Shown in pieces: positions 14,348 to 23,717 of a stretch of DNA of 61,611 nt. Made by a program: the position numbers and the translations under genes. The notes under the pieces were generated by a model that was given only the letters and a program-made list of their open reading frames with translations, did not search any database and was not told the DNA's origin. Source of the stretch: an uncultured SAR86 cluster bacterium (GTDB lineage: Bacteria > Pseudomonadota > Gammaproteobacteria > Magnimaribacterales > D2472); the NCBI GenBank assembly GCA_902513515.1, contig CABXNE010000004.1, positions 1-61,611 of the forward strand. The letters are read 5' to 3'. Position 1 is the first letter of the stretch; each line of letters starts with the position of its first letter.

Positions 14348-15154
14348 ATGGGCGGCCAGATAAAACTTGGAGTTATAGGGGATCCTATTGATCATTCCTT
14401 ATCCCCCTTAATTCAATCTAAATTTGGAGAGGCTTTAGGCCTTGAAGTCGATTACAAAGCTTTTCACGTAATAGATAGAGAGTTAGAAAAATTTATTGAA
14501 AGCTTTTTTGCAGATGGCGGTCACGGACTGAATGTAACTTTGCCACATAAACTTAATTGTGTTCGTTTTGCTGATATTTTATCAAATGAAGTGGAGTTAA
14601 TTGGTGCCGCAAATACCCTTAGCAAGAATCGCAATAATCAAATTATTGCATCATCAACCGATGGTATGGGATTTATAAGGGACTGCTCTGAAAAAAATAT
14701 AGAATTAAGCGATAAAAGAATTTTAATTCTTGGGGCGGGAGGCGCAAGCCAAAGCATCATCCCATCAATTGCAAGGATGAACCCAGCAAAACTCATGGTC
14801 GATAATAGATCACCTGACAAAATTGAAAAATTATTAGAAAAGTTTTCTTCTTTTAGGCTTCGACCCTTTGAGCGCAATCACGAACCCATAGACCTAGTAA
14901 TCAATGCAACTTCAGCGGCTCTATCGGGCAACTTTAATTGGAATATTCAGAGCCAACTTAATGAAGAAACAGTTTTTTATGATTTAAGTTATGGGAAAGC
15001 AGCAATAGAATATTTTTCTTGGGCAAGCAAGTTTTCTGACAATCATTTTGATGGAATAGGAATGCTTATTGCTCAAGCAGCATATTCGTTTGAATTGTGG
15101 TTTGATAAATTTCCCGACCTTTCTAAAATTAACTTAGATGTTCTGAACAAATGA
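14348..15154 (+). CDS. aroE: Shikimate dehydrogenase
   Basis: HSLSP, GLNVTLPHK, GAANT, TDG.G, GAGGA, INATS, DGIGML..QA. Confidence 0.96.
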   Translation: MGGQIKLGVIGDPIDHSLSPLIQSKFGEALGLEVDYKAFHVIDRELEKFIESFFADGGHGLNVTLPHKLNCVRFADILSNEVELIGAANTLSKNRNNQIIASSTDGMGFIRDCSEKNIELSDKRILILGAGGASQSIIPSIARMNPAKLMVDNRSPDKIEKLLEKFSSFRLRPFERNHEPIDLVINATSAALSGNFNWNIQSQLNEETVFYDLSYGKAAIEYFSWASKFSDNHFDGIGMLIAQAAYSFELWFDKFPDLSKINLDVLNK

Positions 15155-15363
15155 CCAAAAACTTTATTCGATTCATTGCTGGGGCAGCATGCCCAAACTG
15201 CAAGGAATTAGACAAGATCGCAATCACCCCAGATGATAAAACAATTTATTGCCTTAGTTGTAATTTCGAGGAACATAGGCCGCAAGGGAGCATTGGCAAA
15301 AACAAAAAATCTGATTTACCAGGCCTCTTTAATATAGAAGATTTTAGGCTTAAAAAATCCTAG
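15151..15363 (+). CDS. YheV-family small zinc-ribbon protein
   Basis: RFIAGAxCPxC...D...CxxC pattern typical of YheV family. Confidence 0.8.
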   Translation: MTKNFIRFIAGAACPNCKELDKIAITPDDKTIYCLSCNFEEHRPQGSIGKNKKSDLPGLFNIEDFRLKKS

Positions 15364-15516
15364 AATTTAAGGTAAATTAGAGCTATTATAGCCGCACAAA
15401 AAAAGAGTTTTTTAGCAGCCAAGAATCTCCATAGCTTCTAATAAACATAATTTTTAGTTATAATTAGATATATCAATTATTTATTTTAAAGGTTTCTTAG
15501 AAGCAAAGGATTACCA

Positions 15517-16668
15517 ATGTTAAAAAAAGCTACCACAAGCATAAAAAATAAACTCTTTGTAACATTCATAACTTTATTCTCAGGCATTACTTCTGCTGCT
15601 TGGGATGATTTCAACATGACAAAAGGCGTAACCGCAATTAGCAAAGAGGTGTTTGAACTGCATATGCTAATTTATTGGATTTGTGTGGTTATTGGGATAA
15701 TAGTTTTTAGCATCATGTTTTATTCAATGTTTGCTTACACTAAAAAGAAAAATCCCAATCCATCCACCTTCCATGAAAACACAAAAGTTGAGCTTGCTTG
15801 GACAGTGGTGCCATTTTTGATACTGGTATTTATGGCGATACCTGCCTCTAATACTCTTACAAAAATCTATGATGATTCAGAAGGTGATATCAACATCCAG
15901 GTAGTTGGGTATCAATGGAAATGGCAGTATAAATATCTTGAAGATGATATTAATTTCTTCTCAAATTTGGCTACAGATTGGGATGAAATAAATAACTTAA
16001 CTCCAAAGGGAGAATTCTACCTTCAGGAAGTGGATGAGGCGGTTGTTATTCCGGTTGGCAAAAGAGTTAGATTCCTTATAACAGCCAATGATGTTCTTCA
16101 TTCATGGTGGATGCCGGACTTTGCCATAAAGCAGGATGCCATACCTGGATTCATTAACACGGCTTGGACTGTTGTAGATGAGCCCGGAACATATAGAGGC
16201 AAATGCACAGAACTTTGTGGAAAGAATCATGGGTTTATGCCAGTGGTTGTAAAGGTTGTTTCTCAAGATGAGTATGATGCTTGGGTTCAAGGCAAAAAAG
16301 AAGAAGCGCTTAAGATGGCTGAACTGACTGAAAAAAGCTGGACTGTTGATGAGCTTACCCAGAGAGGAGAGGGAGTTTACTTAAAAAATTGTGTTGCATG
16401 TCATCAAGTTAATGGGCAGGGCGTTCCAGGAATTTTTCCAAATCTTGCTGGCAGCGACATTGTTTTAAACAACAAAGCTAGAAATGTTGAAATTTTAATG
16501 GAGGGTGTACAAGGTGCCGCAATGCAATCTTTTGCTAACCAGCTATCAGAAGTAGACATGGCTGCAGTAATTACATACACGAGAGAAGCTTGGGGCAATG
16601 CAGGAAATGGCGATGGTGAAATAGTTACTCCCCAGGACATAGTTGAATACAAAAAACCAAAGGCTTAA
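15517..16668 (+). CDS. coxB: Cytochrome c oxidase subunit II with fused C-terminal cytochrome c
   Basis: GYQWKW, DVLHSWW, CuA motif CTELCGKNHGFM, heme c motif CVACH. Confidence 0.98.
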   Translation: MLKKATTSIKNKLFVTFITLFSGITSAAWDDFNMTKGVTAISKEVFELHMLIYWICVVIGIIVFSIMFYSMFAYTKKKNPNPSTFHENTKVELAWTVVPFLILVFMAIPASNTLTKIYDDSEGDINIQVVGYQWKWQYKYLEDDINFFSNLATDWDEINNLTPKGEFYLQEVDEAVVIPVGKRVRFLITANDVLHSWWMPDFAIKQDAIPGFINTAWTVVDEPGTYRGKCTELCGKNHGFMPVVVKVVSQDEYDAWVQGKKEEALKMAELTEKSWTVDELTQRGEGVYLKNCVACHQVNGQGVPGIFPNLAGSDIVLNNKARNVEILMEGVQGAAMQSFANQLSEVDMAAVITYTREAWGNAGNGDGEIVTPQDIVEYKKPKA

Positions 16669-16683
16669 TTTAAAGGAAGATAT

Positions 16684-18270
16684 ATGAGCGCAGTAATAGA
16701 ATCCCATAACCATGATGACCATCATCATGGACCTGCCAAAGGCTTAACCCGATGGCTTTATACAACCAACCATAAAGACATAGGAACTCTTTACCTATGG
16801 TTTAGTTTTGCAATGTTCCTTATTGGTGGAGCAATGGCTTTGGTCATAAGGGCAGAGCTATTCGAACCAGGCATGCAAATCGTTGAACCTGAATTTTATA
16901 ACCAAATGCTTACTTTGCATGGTCTGATAATGGTTTTTGGCGCTGTTATGCCAGCCTTTGTTGGCCTTGCTAACTGGCTAGTGCCAATGATGGTCGGTGC
17001 GCCTGATATGGCCTTACCAAGAATGAATAATCTGAGTTTTTGGATTTTACCAGTGGCATTTTTTATCCTTTTGTCATCTTTGTTTATGGAGGGCGGAGCA
17101 CCCAACTTTGGCTGGACATTTTATGCACCTTTATCAACAACCTATGCCCCTCCCAGCACTACTTTTTTTATTTTTTCGGTTCACATCATGGGAGCGTCAT
17201 CAATTATGGGCTCAATTAATGTGATCGTAACAATAATGAATATGAGAGCTCCTGGAATGACTTTGATGAAAATGCCTCTATTTGTTTGGTCATGGCTGAT
17301 TACGGCATATCTTCTTATTGCAGTTATGCCAGTACTAGCTGGGGCCGTAACAATGATGCTGATGGATATTCATTTTGGAACCAGCTTTTTTAATGCTGCA
17401 GGCGGCGGCGACCCCGTCCTTTTTCAGCATATTTTTTGGTTCTTTGGGCACCCTGAAGTTTATATAATGATACTTCCAGCTTTTGGCATAACATCACATA
17501 TCATTGAGACGTTTTCAAGAAAGCAGTTATTTGGCCACACATCTATGGTTTGGGCAATGACATCAATTGCTATCCTTTCATTTGTGGTTTGGGCTCATCA
17601 CATGTTCACAGTTGGTTTGCCGTTAGCCGCAGAGCTATTCTTTATGTGGGCGACTATGTTAATTGCTGTTCCTACTGGAGTAAAAGTTTTTAACTGGGTC
17701 ACTACAATGTTTAAGGGCTCAATTACTTATGAGACCCCGATGCTTTTTGCAATTGCATTTGTGGTTTTATTTACAATTGGAGGCTTCTCTGGGTTGATGC
17801 TTGCCATTACCCCCGCTGATTTTCAATATCATGATACATATTTTGTGGTAGCTCATTTCCACTATGTATTAGTTCCTGGATCAATATTTTCAATTATGGC
17901 CGCTGTTTATTTCTGGATACCAAAATGGACTGGAAATATGTATGACGAAAGGCTTGGCAAACTACACTTTTGGCTTTCTTTTGTAGGCGTCAATGTAACT
18001 TTTTTCCCTCAACATTGGATTGGTCTTGCTGGAATGCCAAGAAGATATCCGGACTACGCTTTACAATTTGCCGACTGGAATATGGTTTCATCGGTTGGAG
18101 CATTTTTATTTGGCGCTTCCCAGATACTATTCTTATTCATAGTTTTAAAAACTGTAATGGGAGGCAAAAAAGCAACTCCTGAAGTCTGGGAAGGATCAAG
18201 AGGACTTGAGTGGACTATAGAGTCACCAGCCCCTTACCATACATTCACAACACCTCCGAAGGTAAATTAA
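16684..18270 (+). CDS. coxA: Cytochrome c oxidase subunit I (A1-type aa3)
   Basis: TTNHKDIG, GGGDPVLFQHIFWFFGHPEVY, WAHHMF, VVAHFHY, GMPRR. Confidence 0.99.
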   Translation: MSAVIESHNHDDHHHGPAKGLTRWLYTTNHKDIGTLYLWFSFAMFLIGGAMALVIRAELFEPGMQIVEPEFYNQMLTLHGLIMVFGAVMPAFVGLANWLVPMMVGAPDMALPRMNNLSFWILPVAFFILLSSLFMEGGAPNFGWTFYAPLSTTYAPPSTTFFIFSVHIMGASSIMGSINVIVTIMNMRAPGMTLMKMPLFVWSWLITAYLLIAVMPVLAGAVTMMLMDIHFGTSFFNAAGGGDPVLFQHIFWFFGHPEVYIMILPAFGITSHIIETFSRKQLFGHTSMVWAMTSIAILSFVVWAHHMFTVGLPLAAELFFMWATMLIAVPTGVKVFNWVTTMFKGSITYETPMLFAIAFVVLFTIGGFSGLMLAITPADFQYHDTYFVVAHFHYVLVPGSIFSIMAAVYFWIPKWTGNMYDERLGKLHFWLSFVGVNVTFFPQHWIGLAGMPRRYPDYALQFADWNMVSSVGAFLFGASQILFLFIVLKTVMGGKKATPEVWEGSRGLEWTIESPAPYHTFTTPPKVN

Positions 18271-18860
18271 TGAACGAAGGATCAAAAAAAACAATTAAAA
18301 CTTTATGTTTTGCTGTTGTGGGGATGTTTACATTCTCGTTTGCTTTGGTCCCTCTTTATAATGTTTTTTGTGAAGTTACCGGGCTAAATGGAAAGATTGA
18401 GTTAAAAGCAACATCGGATAAGAGCATTGAAATAGATAATGGGCGCGATATATCTGTTCAATTTGTTTCACACAATAATGAAGAAATGCCTTGGACTTTT
18501 AAGCCTTCAGAAGACGTAATTAAAATTAAGACAGGCAAGTATCACACTGCAACTTTTTATGTTAAAAATCCAACAAACAAAAAAATGACTGCTCAAGCCA
18601 TCCCAAGTGTTGCTCCATCAAATGCCGCATCTCATTTAAAGAAACTAGAGTGCTTTTGTTTTGAACAGCAAGAACTTGCTCCTGGAGAGGAGGCCCTCTT
18701 GCCAGTTCGAATGATATTTGATGACGAGCTTCCAGACTCAATTAAAAGTGTAGTACTTTCTTATACTTTATTTGATGTAACAGATTATAACGATGTTGAA
18801 TTAACGCGACATCATCACGATGGCGATGACGAAGGTCATGAAATGGAGTCCTCATTATGA
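18270..18860 (+). CDS. ctaG: Cytochrome c oxidase assembly protein CtaG/Cox11
   Basis: VPLY..FC..TG, KLECFCF Cu motif, LSYT; start at ATG 18270 overlapping coxA stop (TAATG). Confidence 0.96.
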   Translation: MNEGSKKTIKTLCFAVVGMFTFSFALVPLYNVFCEVTGLNGKIELKATSDKSIEIDNGRDISVQFVSHNNEEMPWTFKPSEDVIKIKTGKYHTATFYVKNPTNKKMTAQAIPSVAPSNAASHLKKLECFCFEQQELAPGEEALLPVRMIFDDELPDSIKSVVLSYTLFDVTDYNDVELTRHHHDGDDEGHEMESSL

Positions 18861-19762
18861 GTTACCAAAAATATTACGTTCCAGACCAAAGCAAGTTCCC
18901 AATTCTTATGGCAATGGCATTATTTCTTTTGGTTATGGGCGCCGCTGGTACGATTAATGACCTAGGAGAAGCAGATAGCATGTCTGTGTATGTTTTGTAT
19001 TCTGGCTTTGCGGTTTTTGGAACAACATTATTTTTTTGGTTTAGAACAGTAATTAGAGAACATATTGCTGGTTTGGATAGTGCACAGCTTCAAAAATCAT
19101 TTGTTTTTGGCATGGGTTGGTTTATCTTTTCTGAGGTAATGTTTTTTGCAGCATTTTTTGGTGCTTTATTTTATGTAAGAAATTTCTCAGTACCCTGGCT
19201 TGGTGGAGAGGGAGATAAAGGACTGGCTAATATGCTTTGGGAAGGTTTTGAATCTACTTGGCCTGTGATGTCTACTCCAGATGCTGGATCAGCATATGTA
19301 TTAGCAGAAAAAAATATGAGCTGGCCCGGATGGGGCCATGCCTTAGAATGGTTGCCGATGTGGAACACAATTGTTTTATTAAGCTCAAGTGTAACAGTCC
19401 ATTTCGCGCATCTTGCTCTTAAAAACGACAATAAAAAAAGTTTTAATATTTGGCTTGGTGTAACGGTAACCCTGGCCCTTATATTTGTTGGCTTACAAGC
19501 TGCTGAATATTATGAAGCTTATGCACATTATGGATTAACGCTCAATTCTGGAATTTACGGTTCAACCTTCTTTATGCTAACTGGATTTCACGGCTTCCAT
19601 GTAATGATGGGCGGCTTTATGCTCGCTGTCATGTTGTCTAGATCGGTTTTCTATAATCATTTTGATTCGCACAGCCACTTTGGCTTTGAAGCTGCCTCAT
19701 GGTATTGGCACTTTGTAGATGTTGTTTGGGTAATGCTATTTCTTTTTGTTTATATACTTTAA
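18857..19762 (+). CDS. coxC: Cytochrome c oxidase subunit III
   Basis: WFIFSEVMFF, YGSTFFMLTGFHGFHV, FEAASWYWHFVDVVW. Confidence 0.98.
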   Translation: MSYQKYYVPDQSKFPILMAMALFLLVMGAAGTINDLGEADSMSVYVLYSGFAVFGTTLFFWFRTVIREHIAGLDSAQLQKSFVFGMGWFIFSEVMFFAAFFGALFYVRNFSVPWLGGEGDKGLANMLWEGFESTWPVMSTPDAGSAYVLAEKNMSWPGWGHALEWLPMWNTIVLLSSSVTVHFAHLALKNDNKKSFNIWLGVTVTLALIFVGLQAAEYYEAYAHYGLTLNSGIYGSTFFMLTGFHGFHVMMGGFMLAVMLSRSVFYNHFDSHSHFGFEAASWYWHFVDVVWVMLFLFVYIL

Positions 19763-19763
19763 G

Positions 19764-19976
19764 TCAAGAACCCCAGGGCACGGTGTTTCCAAGCTCTCCA
19801 GTATATAAGCCATAAGAAACTAAAATTAGCAGCAATATGGCCACAGTGACTCTAAAACCAAGACTATATACAGAACGCTTGCCCTGTCCCTGGTCTTTAA
19901 AAAGAAAAAACAGACTGCTGAATAAGCTTAAAAATATTAAGATAATGAGAACAGCAATAAGAGGTTTAAGCCACAT
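19764..19976 (-). CDS. DUF2909 / twin-transmembrane-helix small protein
   Basis: Two TM helices, SL..L..D.G...R...SL..RV pattern; antisense position between coxC and SURF1 is typical. Confidence 0.82.
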   Translation of the reverse strand: MWLKPLIAVLIILIFLSLFSSLFFLFKDQGQGKRSVYSLGFRVTVAILLLILVSYGLYTGELGNTVPWGS

Positions 19977-19999
19977 ATTCATATCATAACAGCTTTGAA

Positions 20000-20704
20000 A
20001 TGACAGACTTAAGAATAATAAAGCTCATGAAGCAAAATAAAGCGCTAAGTATTTTTTCTTGTTTTTTTGTTGCTATTTTTATTTTTTTAGGTTTTTGGCA
20101 ATTAGAAAGAGCTGAGGTAAAAGCAAATCTAATGGAGGCATTTGATCAAGAACAAACCAAGCCTCCTAAAGATATTTCTAGTGCATCACCCCCATGGAGC
20201 CGTGTTTATATAAATGGTACCTATAACACATCTCATCAAGTATTTATAGATAATCAAATTAATGAGGGGAAAGTTGGTTACAAGATATATACCCCCTTTT
20301 ATTTTGATGGGGGTCAAGCAATATTCGTAGATCGAGGCTGGCTGCCTCAAGGTAAAACTAGGAACGATTTGCCTAATATAAACTTTGTTGCAGGAGAAAT
20401 TACTATTATTGGCAGCCTGATCAAGCCAGAAAAAGAGGTTTTGGTAGGAAGTGCACTACTAACCAATGAATGGCCTTTGGTTTCACAAACCAAATCACCA
20501 AGCATTATCCAAAATGCATATAACCAGGATTTTTTGGATATGGTTCTAATTTTAGAGCCCGGCTCTAAATTTATTAATGAGTATATCGGATTAAGCCCCT
20601 TTGTTATTACCCCAGCCAAGCATTATGGCTATGCTCTTCAATGGTTTACCATGAGTTTGGTTTTGGCGGGAATGTTCATCTATGCAATTAAGAGAGAATC
20701 ATGA
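20000..20704 (+). CDS. SURF1 family cytochrome oxidase biogenesis protein
   Basis: LGFWQLERA..K, VDRGW, HYGYALQWF; true start may be ATG 20027. Confidence 0.93.
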   Translation: MTDLRIIKLMKQNKALSIFSCFFVAIFIFLGFWQLERAEVKANLMEAFDQEQTKPPKDISSASPPWSRVYINGTYNTSHQVFIDNQINEGKVGYKIYTPFYFDGGQAIFVDRGWLPQGKTRNDLPNINFVAGEITIIGSLIKPEKEVLVGSALLTNEWPLVSQTKSPSIIQNAYNQDFLDMVLILEPGSKFINEYIGLSPFVITPAKHYGYALQWFTMSLVLAGMFIYAIKRES

Positions 20705-21240
20705 AAAGTAAAATATTTTTAGCAATTTTATTATTAACACCCCTAGTGGTTTTGTTTACATCAACGCTATCTTTTCAGTCAGGCCTTGCGCCCAAAAATA
20801 CAAAAAATAATGGCATATTTTTTGAAGAGTATTTCGATGCAACTAAACTTGATCTTATTGAAAATGCTGACAGTCTTAAATTTGAAGATGGGAAATGGCT
20901 ATTTGGTACATATGCATCAGAAGGCGCTGATTTAGAACAAGCTCTTTATCTAATGAAACAGCTTAACGTTGCGCTTAATAGAGATATATACAAGCTTAAA
21001 AGAATTATTTTTACCCAGGATGGGGCCTTAGTTAAAGATCAGTTAATTAATTATCCTAGAACAGAAGTAATTATTGATTCACAGAATAAACTCTTTGAGA
21101 AGTTGTTACAGGTTGGAGATGCAAATTTTTTTCAAGAGCAAAAAATATTTATAGTTGATCCATACGGAAGAGCGGTTATGTTTTTTCCGGTGTCCATGAA
21201 TCCTAAATTAATTTTAAAGGATTTAAAGGTTTTAATATGA
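20701..21240 (+). CDS. Conserved membrane-anchored protein of cox cluster (degenerate thioredoxin/Sco-like, no CxxxC)
   Basis: N-terminal TM helix, N.G motif, IVDPYG..VM, C-terminal KDLKVL; located between SURF1 and ctaA. Confidence 0.7.
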   Translation: MKSKIFLAILLLTPLVVLFTSTLSFQSGLAPKNTKNNGIFFEEYFDATKLDLIENADSLKFEDGKWLFGTYASEGADLEQALYLMKQLNVALNRDIYKLKRIIFTQDGALVKDQLINYPRTEVIIDSQNKLFEKLLQVGDANFFQEQKIFIVDPYGRAVMFFPVSMNPKLILKDLKVLI

Positions 21241-22208
21241 CTTTAATTAGAGGGCTTTCACTTTTTGGGCTATGTTTTGCTTTTGTTGTAATTGCATTGG
21301 GGGCATGGACTCGGCTGGTAGATGCTGGCCTAGGATGTCCTGATTGGCCAGGATGCTATGGTTTTGTAGTTTTCCCCACCACCGAAGCTGAAATTTTATT
21401 GGCCGAACAAAGATATCCTCAATTTCCATATGAGATTGATAAAGCTATTCCCGAGGTCGCACATAGATACTTTGCAGCCACCCTAGGGTTTATAGCAATA
21501 TTATTAGCCTTTTTTTCTTTTAAACATAAAGCGCCCACAAGAATCAAAGCCATAACCTCATTTCTTTTATTTTTTATTTGTTGCCAGGGATTGTTTGGTT
21601 ATTTAACTGTTAGCCTTAAGCTCCTTCCAATTATAGTAACAGGCCACCTGTTTGGAGGTTTTATAACATTGAGTTTGTTTTTCTATTTATTTTTAATTAC
21701 AGGCGAGGGCATTAAAAATCATCAAATTGGCCAATTAAAAACCCTTGGAAGCATTGCGTTGGTTGCCCTGCTAATTCAAATATTTTTGGGTGCTTGGACC
21801 AGCACCAACTATGCTTCATTAGCATGCGTTGATTTTCCAACTTGCCAGGGCACATTTTTGCCTGAAATGAACTTCTCTGACGGATTTAACTTATCCCAAG
21901 AAGTTGGTCCTAATTATTTATACGGCTTGCTAGATAATGAAGCAAGGGTCGCCATTCATTATTCTCATAGAGTTAGTGCATTAATTCTAACGTTAATCTT
22001 TATTGTTTTAATTACGAAGCTTTGGTTTTCAAATGCCGCTCCACTAGCTTCAACCCTGGGAGTAATATTGGTTACTCAGATATCCTTGGGTATTATGAAT
22101 GTTGTATATGTACTTCCTTTGTATATTGCTGTCGCACATAATTTGGTTGCAGCACTATTGCTGTTAGCAACCCTAATGGTTAATTTTGTTATTTGGAAAG
22201 ATGAATAA
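21237..22208 (+). CDS. ctaA: Heme A synthase (CtaA/Cox15)
   Basis: GAWTRL..AGLGCPDWPGC, E..HR, HLFGG, AC.DFPTC, HYSHR, AHN. Confidence 0.95.
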   Translation: MTLIRGLSLFGLCFAFVVIALGAWTRLVDAGLGCPDWPGCYGFVVFPTTEAEILLAEQRYPQFPYEIDKAIPEVAHRYFAATLGFIAILLAFFSFKHKAPTRIKAITSFLLFFICCQGLFGYLTVSLKLLPIIVTGHLFGGFITLSLFFYLFLITGEGIKNHQIGQLKTLGSIALVALLIQIFLGAWTSTNYASLACVDFPTCQGTFLPEMNFSDGFNLSQEVGPNYLYGLLDNEARVAIHYSHRVSALILTLIFIVLITKLWFSNAAPLASTLGVILVTQISLGIMNVVYVLPLYIAVAHNLVAALLLLATLMVNFVIWKDE

Positions 22209-23064
22209 CACAATTAAAAATTACTACGAACTATGTAAGCCTAATGTAGTTCTAGTTATGCTTATTACTGCATTAGTCGGATCTTTGCTGGCCAGCAAAA
22301 ACTTAGCTCCATTGTCCTTAATTTCATTTGCAATGCTTGGCATAGGTTTATGCGCGTCGTCTGCGGCAGCAATCAATCAAATTATCGACAGAAAGGCAGA
22401 TGCTAATATGAACAGGACAGAAAATAGGCCCATTCCTCAAGGAGAAGTGAGTCCTATTAATGCATCAATTTTTGCATTAATTTTGGGTTCGCTTGGCGCA
22501 GCAATATTAGTAGTCTATGTAAATATATTAACCGCATTGTTAACTTTAGCGTCTCTAATAGGGTATGCCTTTGTTTATACAGTGTATTTAAAAAGAGCAA
22601 CGCCACAAAACATAGTTATTGGCGGTCTAGCCGGAGCAGCCCCACCTTTGTTGGGCTGGACAGCGGTTACAAATTCTGTTGACCCAAACTCTCTTTTATT
22701 GGTATTAATTATTTTTGCATGGACTCCTCCACACTTTTGGGCTCTTGCCATCCATCGAAAAGACGAATACGCAAAAGAAAATATTCCAATGCTTCCGGTG
22801 ACCCATGGCGTTCAATTTACAAAGCTTCAAATTATCCTTTATACGATTATTTTAATTCTCGTTAGTTTGTTGCCCTTTGTAGTTTTAATGTCAGGAATTT
22901 TTTATTTAATGTCAGCACTAATCTTGGGAGCTATTTTTTTGTTCTATTCAGTGCGCTTGTATTTCAATGAAGACAACGAACAAGCCTTCCCAACCTTTGT
23001 TTACTCTATTTATTATATTTTTTTGATTTTCGCCGCCTTGCTTATTGATCACTACTTAATATAA
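22201..23064 (+). CDS. ctaB: Protoheme IX farnesyltransferase (heme O synthase)
   Basis: LCKP.V, D..M.RT..RP, LKRATPQNIVIGG.AGA, WTPPHFWALA; ATG 22201. Confidence 0.97.
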   Translation: MNNTIKNYYELCKPNVVLVMLITALVGSLLASKNLAPLSLISFAMLGIGLCASSAAAINQIIDRKADANMNRTENRPIPQGEVSPINASIFALILGSLGAAILVVYVNILTALLTLASLIGYAFVYTVYLKRATPQNIVIGGLAGAAPPLLGWTAVTNSVDPNSLLLVLIIFAWTPPHFWALAIHRKDEYAKENIPMLPVTHGVQFTKLQIILYTIILILVSLLPFVVLMSGIFYLMSALILGAIFLFYSVRLYFNEDNEQAFPTFVYSIYYIFLIFAALLIDHYLI

Positions 23065-23066
23065 AC

Positions 23067-23717
23067 ATGAATAAGAATATAAAAATTTCATTAGCTTTAA
23101 TCATTTTATTTATGGTTTCAGTTTTGTCCCTCTTTATTAATAAATTAACCACCCCAAGGCACTTATCTGAAACTGAGCTTAAGCTAAATGGATATTATCA
23201 ATTCCCTAACCCAAGGGAGTTTTCTAATTTTCAAATCCTTACATCTAATAATCTCATGCTTGAAAAGGATATTTTCAAAGGAAAATGGACTTTAATATAT
23301 TTTGGTTATACTCGCTGTCCTGCAGAATGCCCAGTTGCCATGTCTTTAATTAAAACTCTCTATTCAACATTAGAATCAAAAGGCTTTAAGCTCGATGATA
23401 AGCAAGTGCTTCTTTTTACCATAGACCCTGAGAATGATACCCCAAATGATGTAGACAAATATGCTAAAGCCTTTAATGAATCATTTATTGGAGCTCGTGG
23501 AGATAGACCAATGCTTTTAAGCATGGCAACTCAACTAAACGTGATGGTGGTTGAGCCTCCCAAAAATATGCATGTTAATCATATGGACCATTTAGAAAAT
23601 CACTCAAATAATATTTTGCTAATCAACCCTGATGGGCAGTACGTTGGATTTTTTAGACCCCCATTTAATGAAGAAAAATTTCTTCTTACTTACCAGTCGG
23701 TTGTGACCCCTCGCTAG
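23067..23717 (+). CDS. SCO1/SenC copper chaperone
   Basis: FGYTRCPAECP (CxxxC), TIDPENDT, conserved His (HS..I.LINP.G). Confidence 0.94.
   Translation: MNKNIKISLALIILFMVSVLSLFINKLTTPRHLSETELKLNGYYQFPNPREFSNFQILTSNNLMLEKDIFKGKWTLIYFGYTRCPAECPVAMSLIKTLYSTLESKGFKLDDKQVLLFTIDPENDTPNDVDKYAKAFNESFIGARGDRPMLLSMATQLNVMVVEPPKNMHVNHMDHLENHSNNILLINPDGQYVGFFRPPFNEEKFLLTYQSVVTPR

Noticed and set aside
15517-16668. CoxB-cytochrome c fusion as a novelty
   Set aside because: C-terminal cytochrome c domains on subunit II are common in gammaproteobacterial aa3 oxidases.
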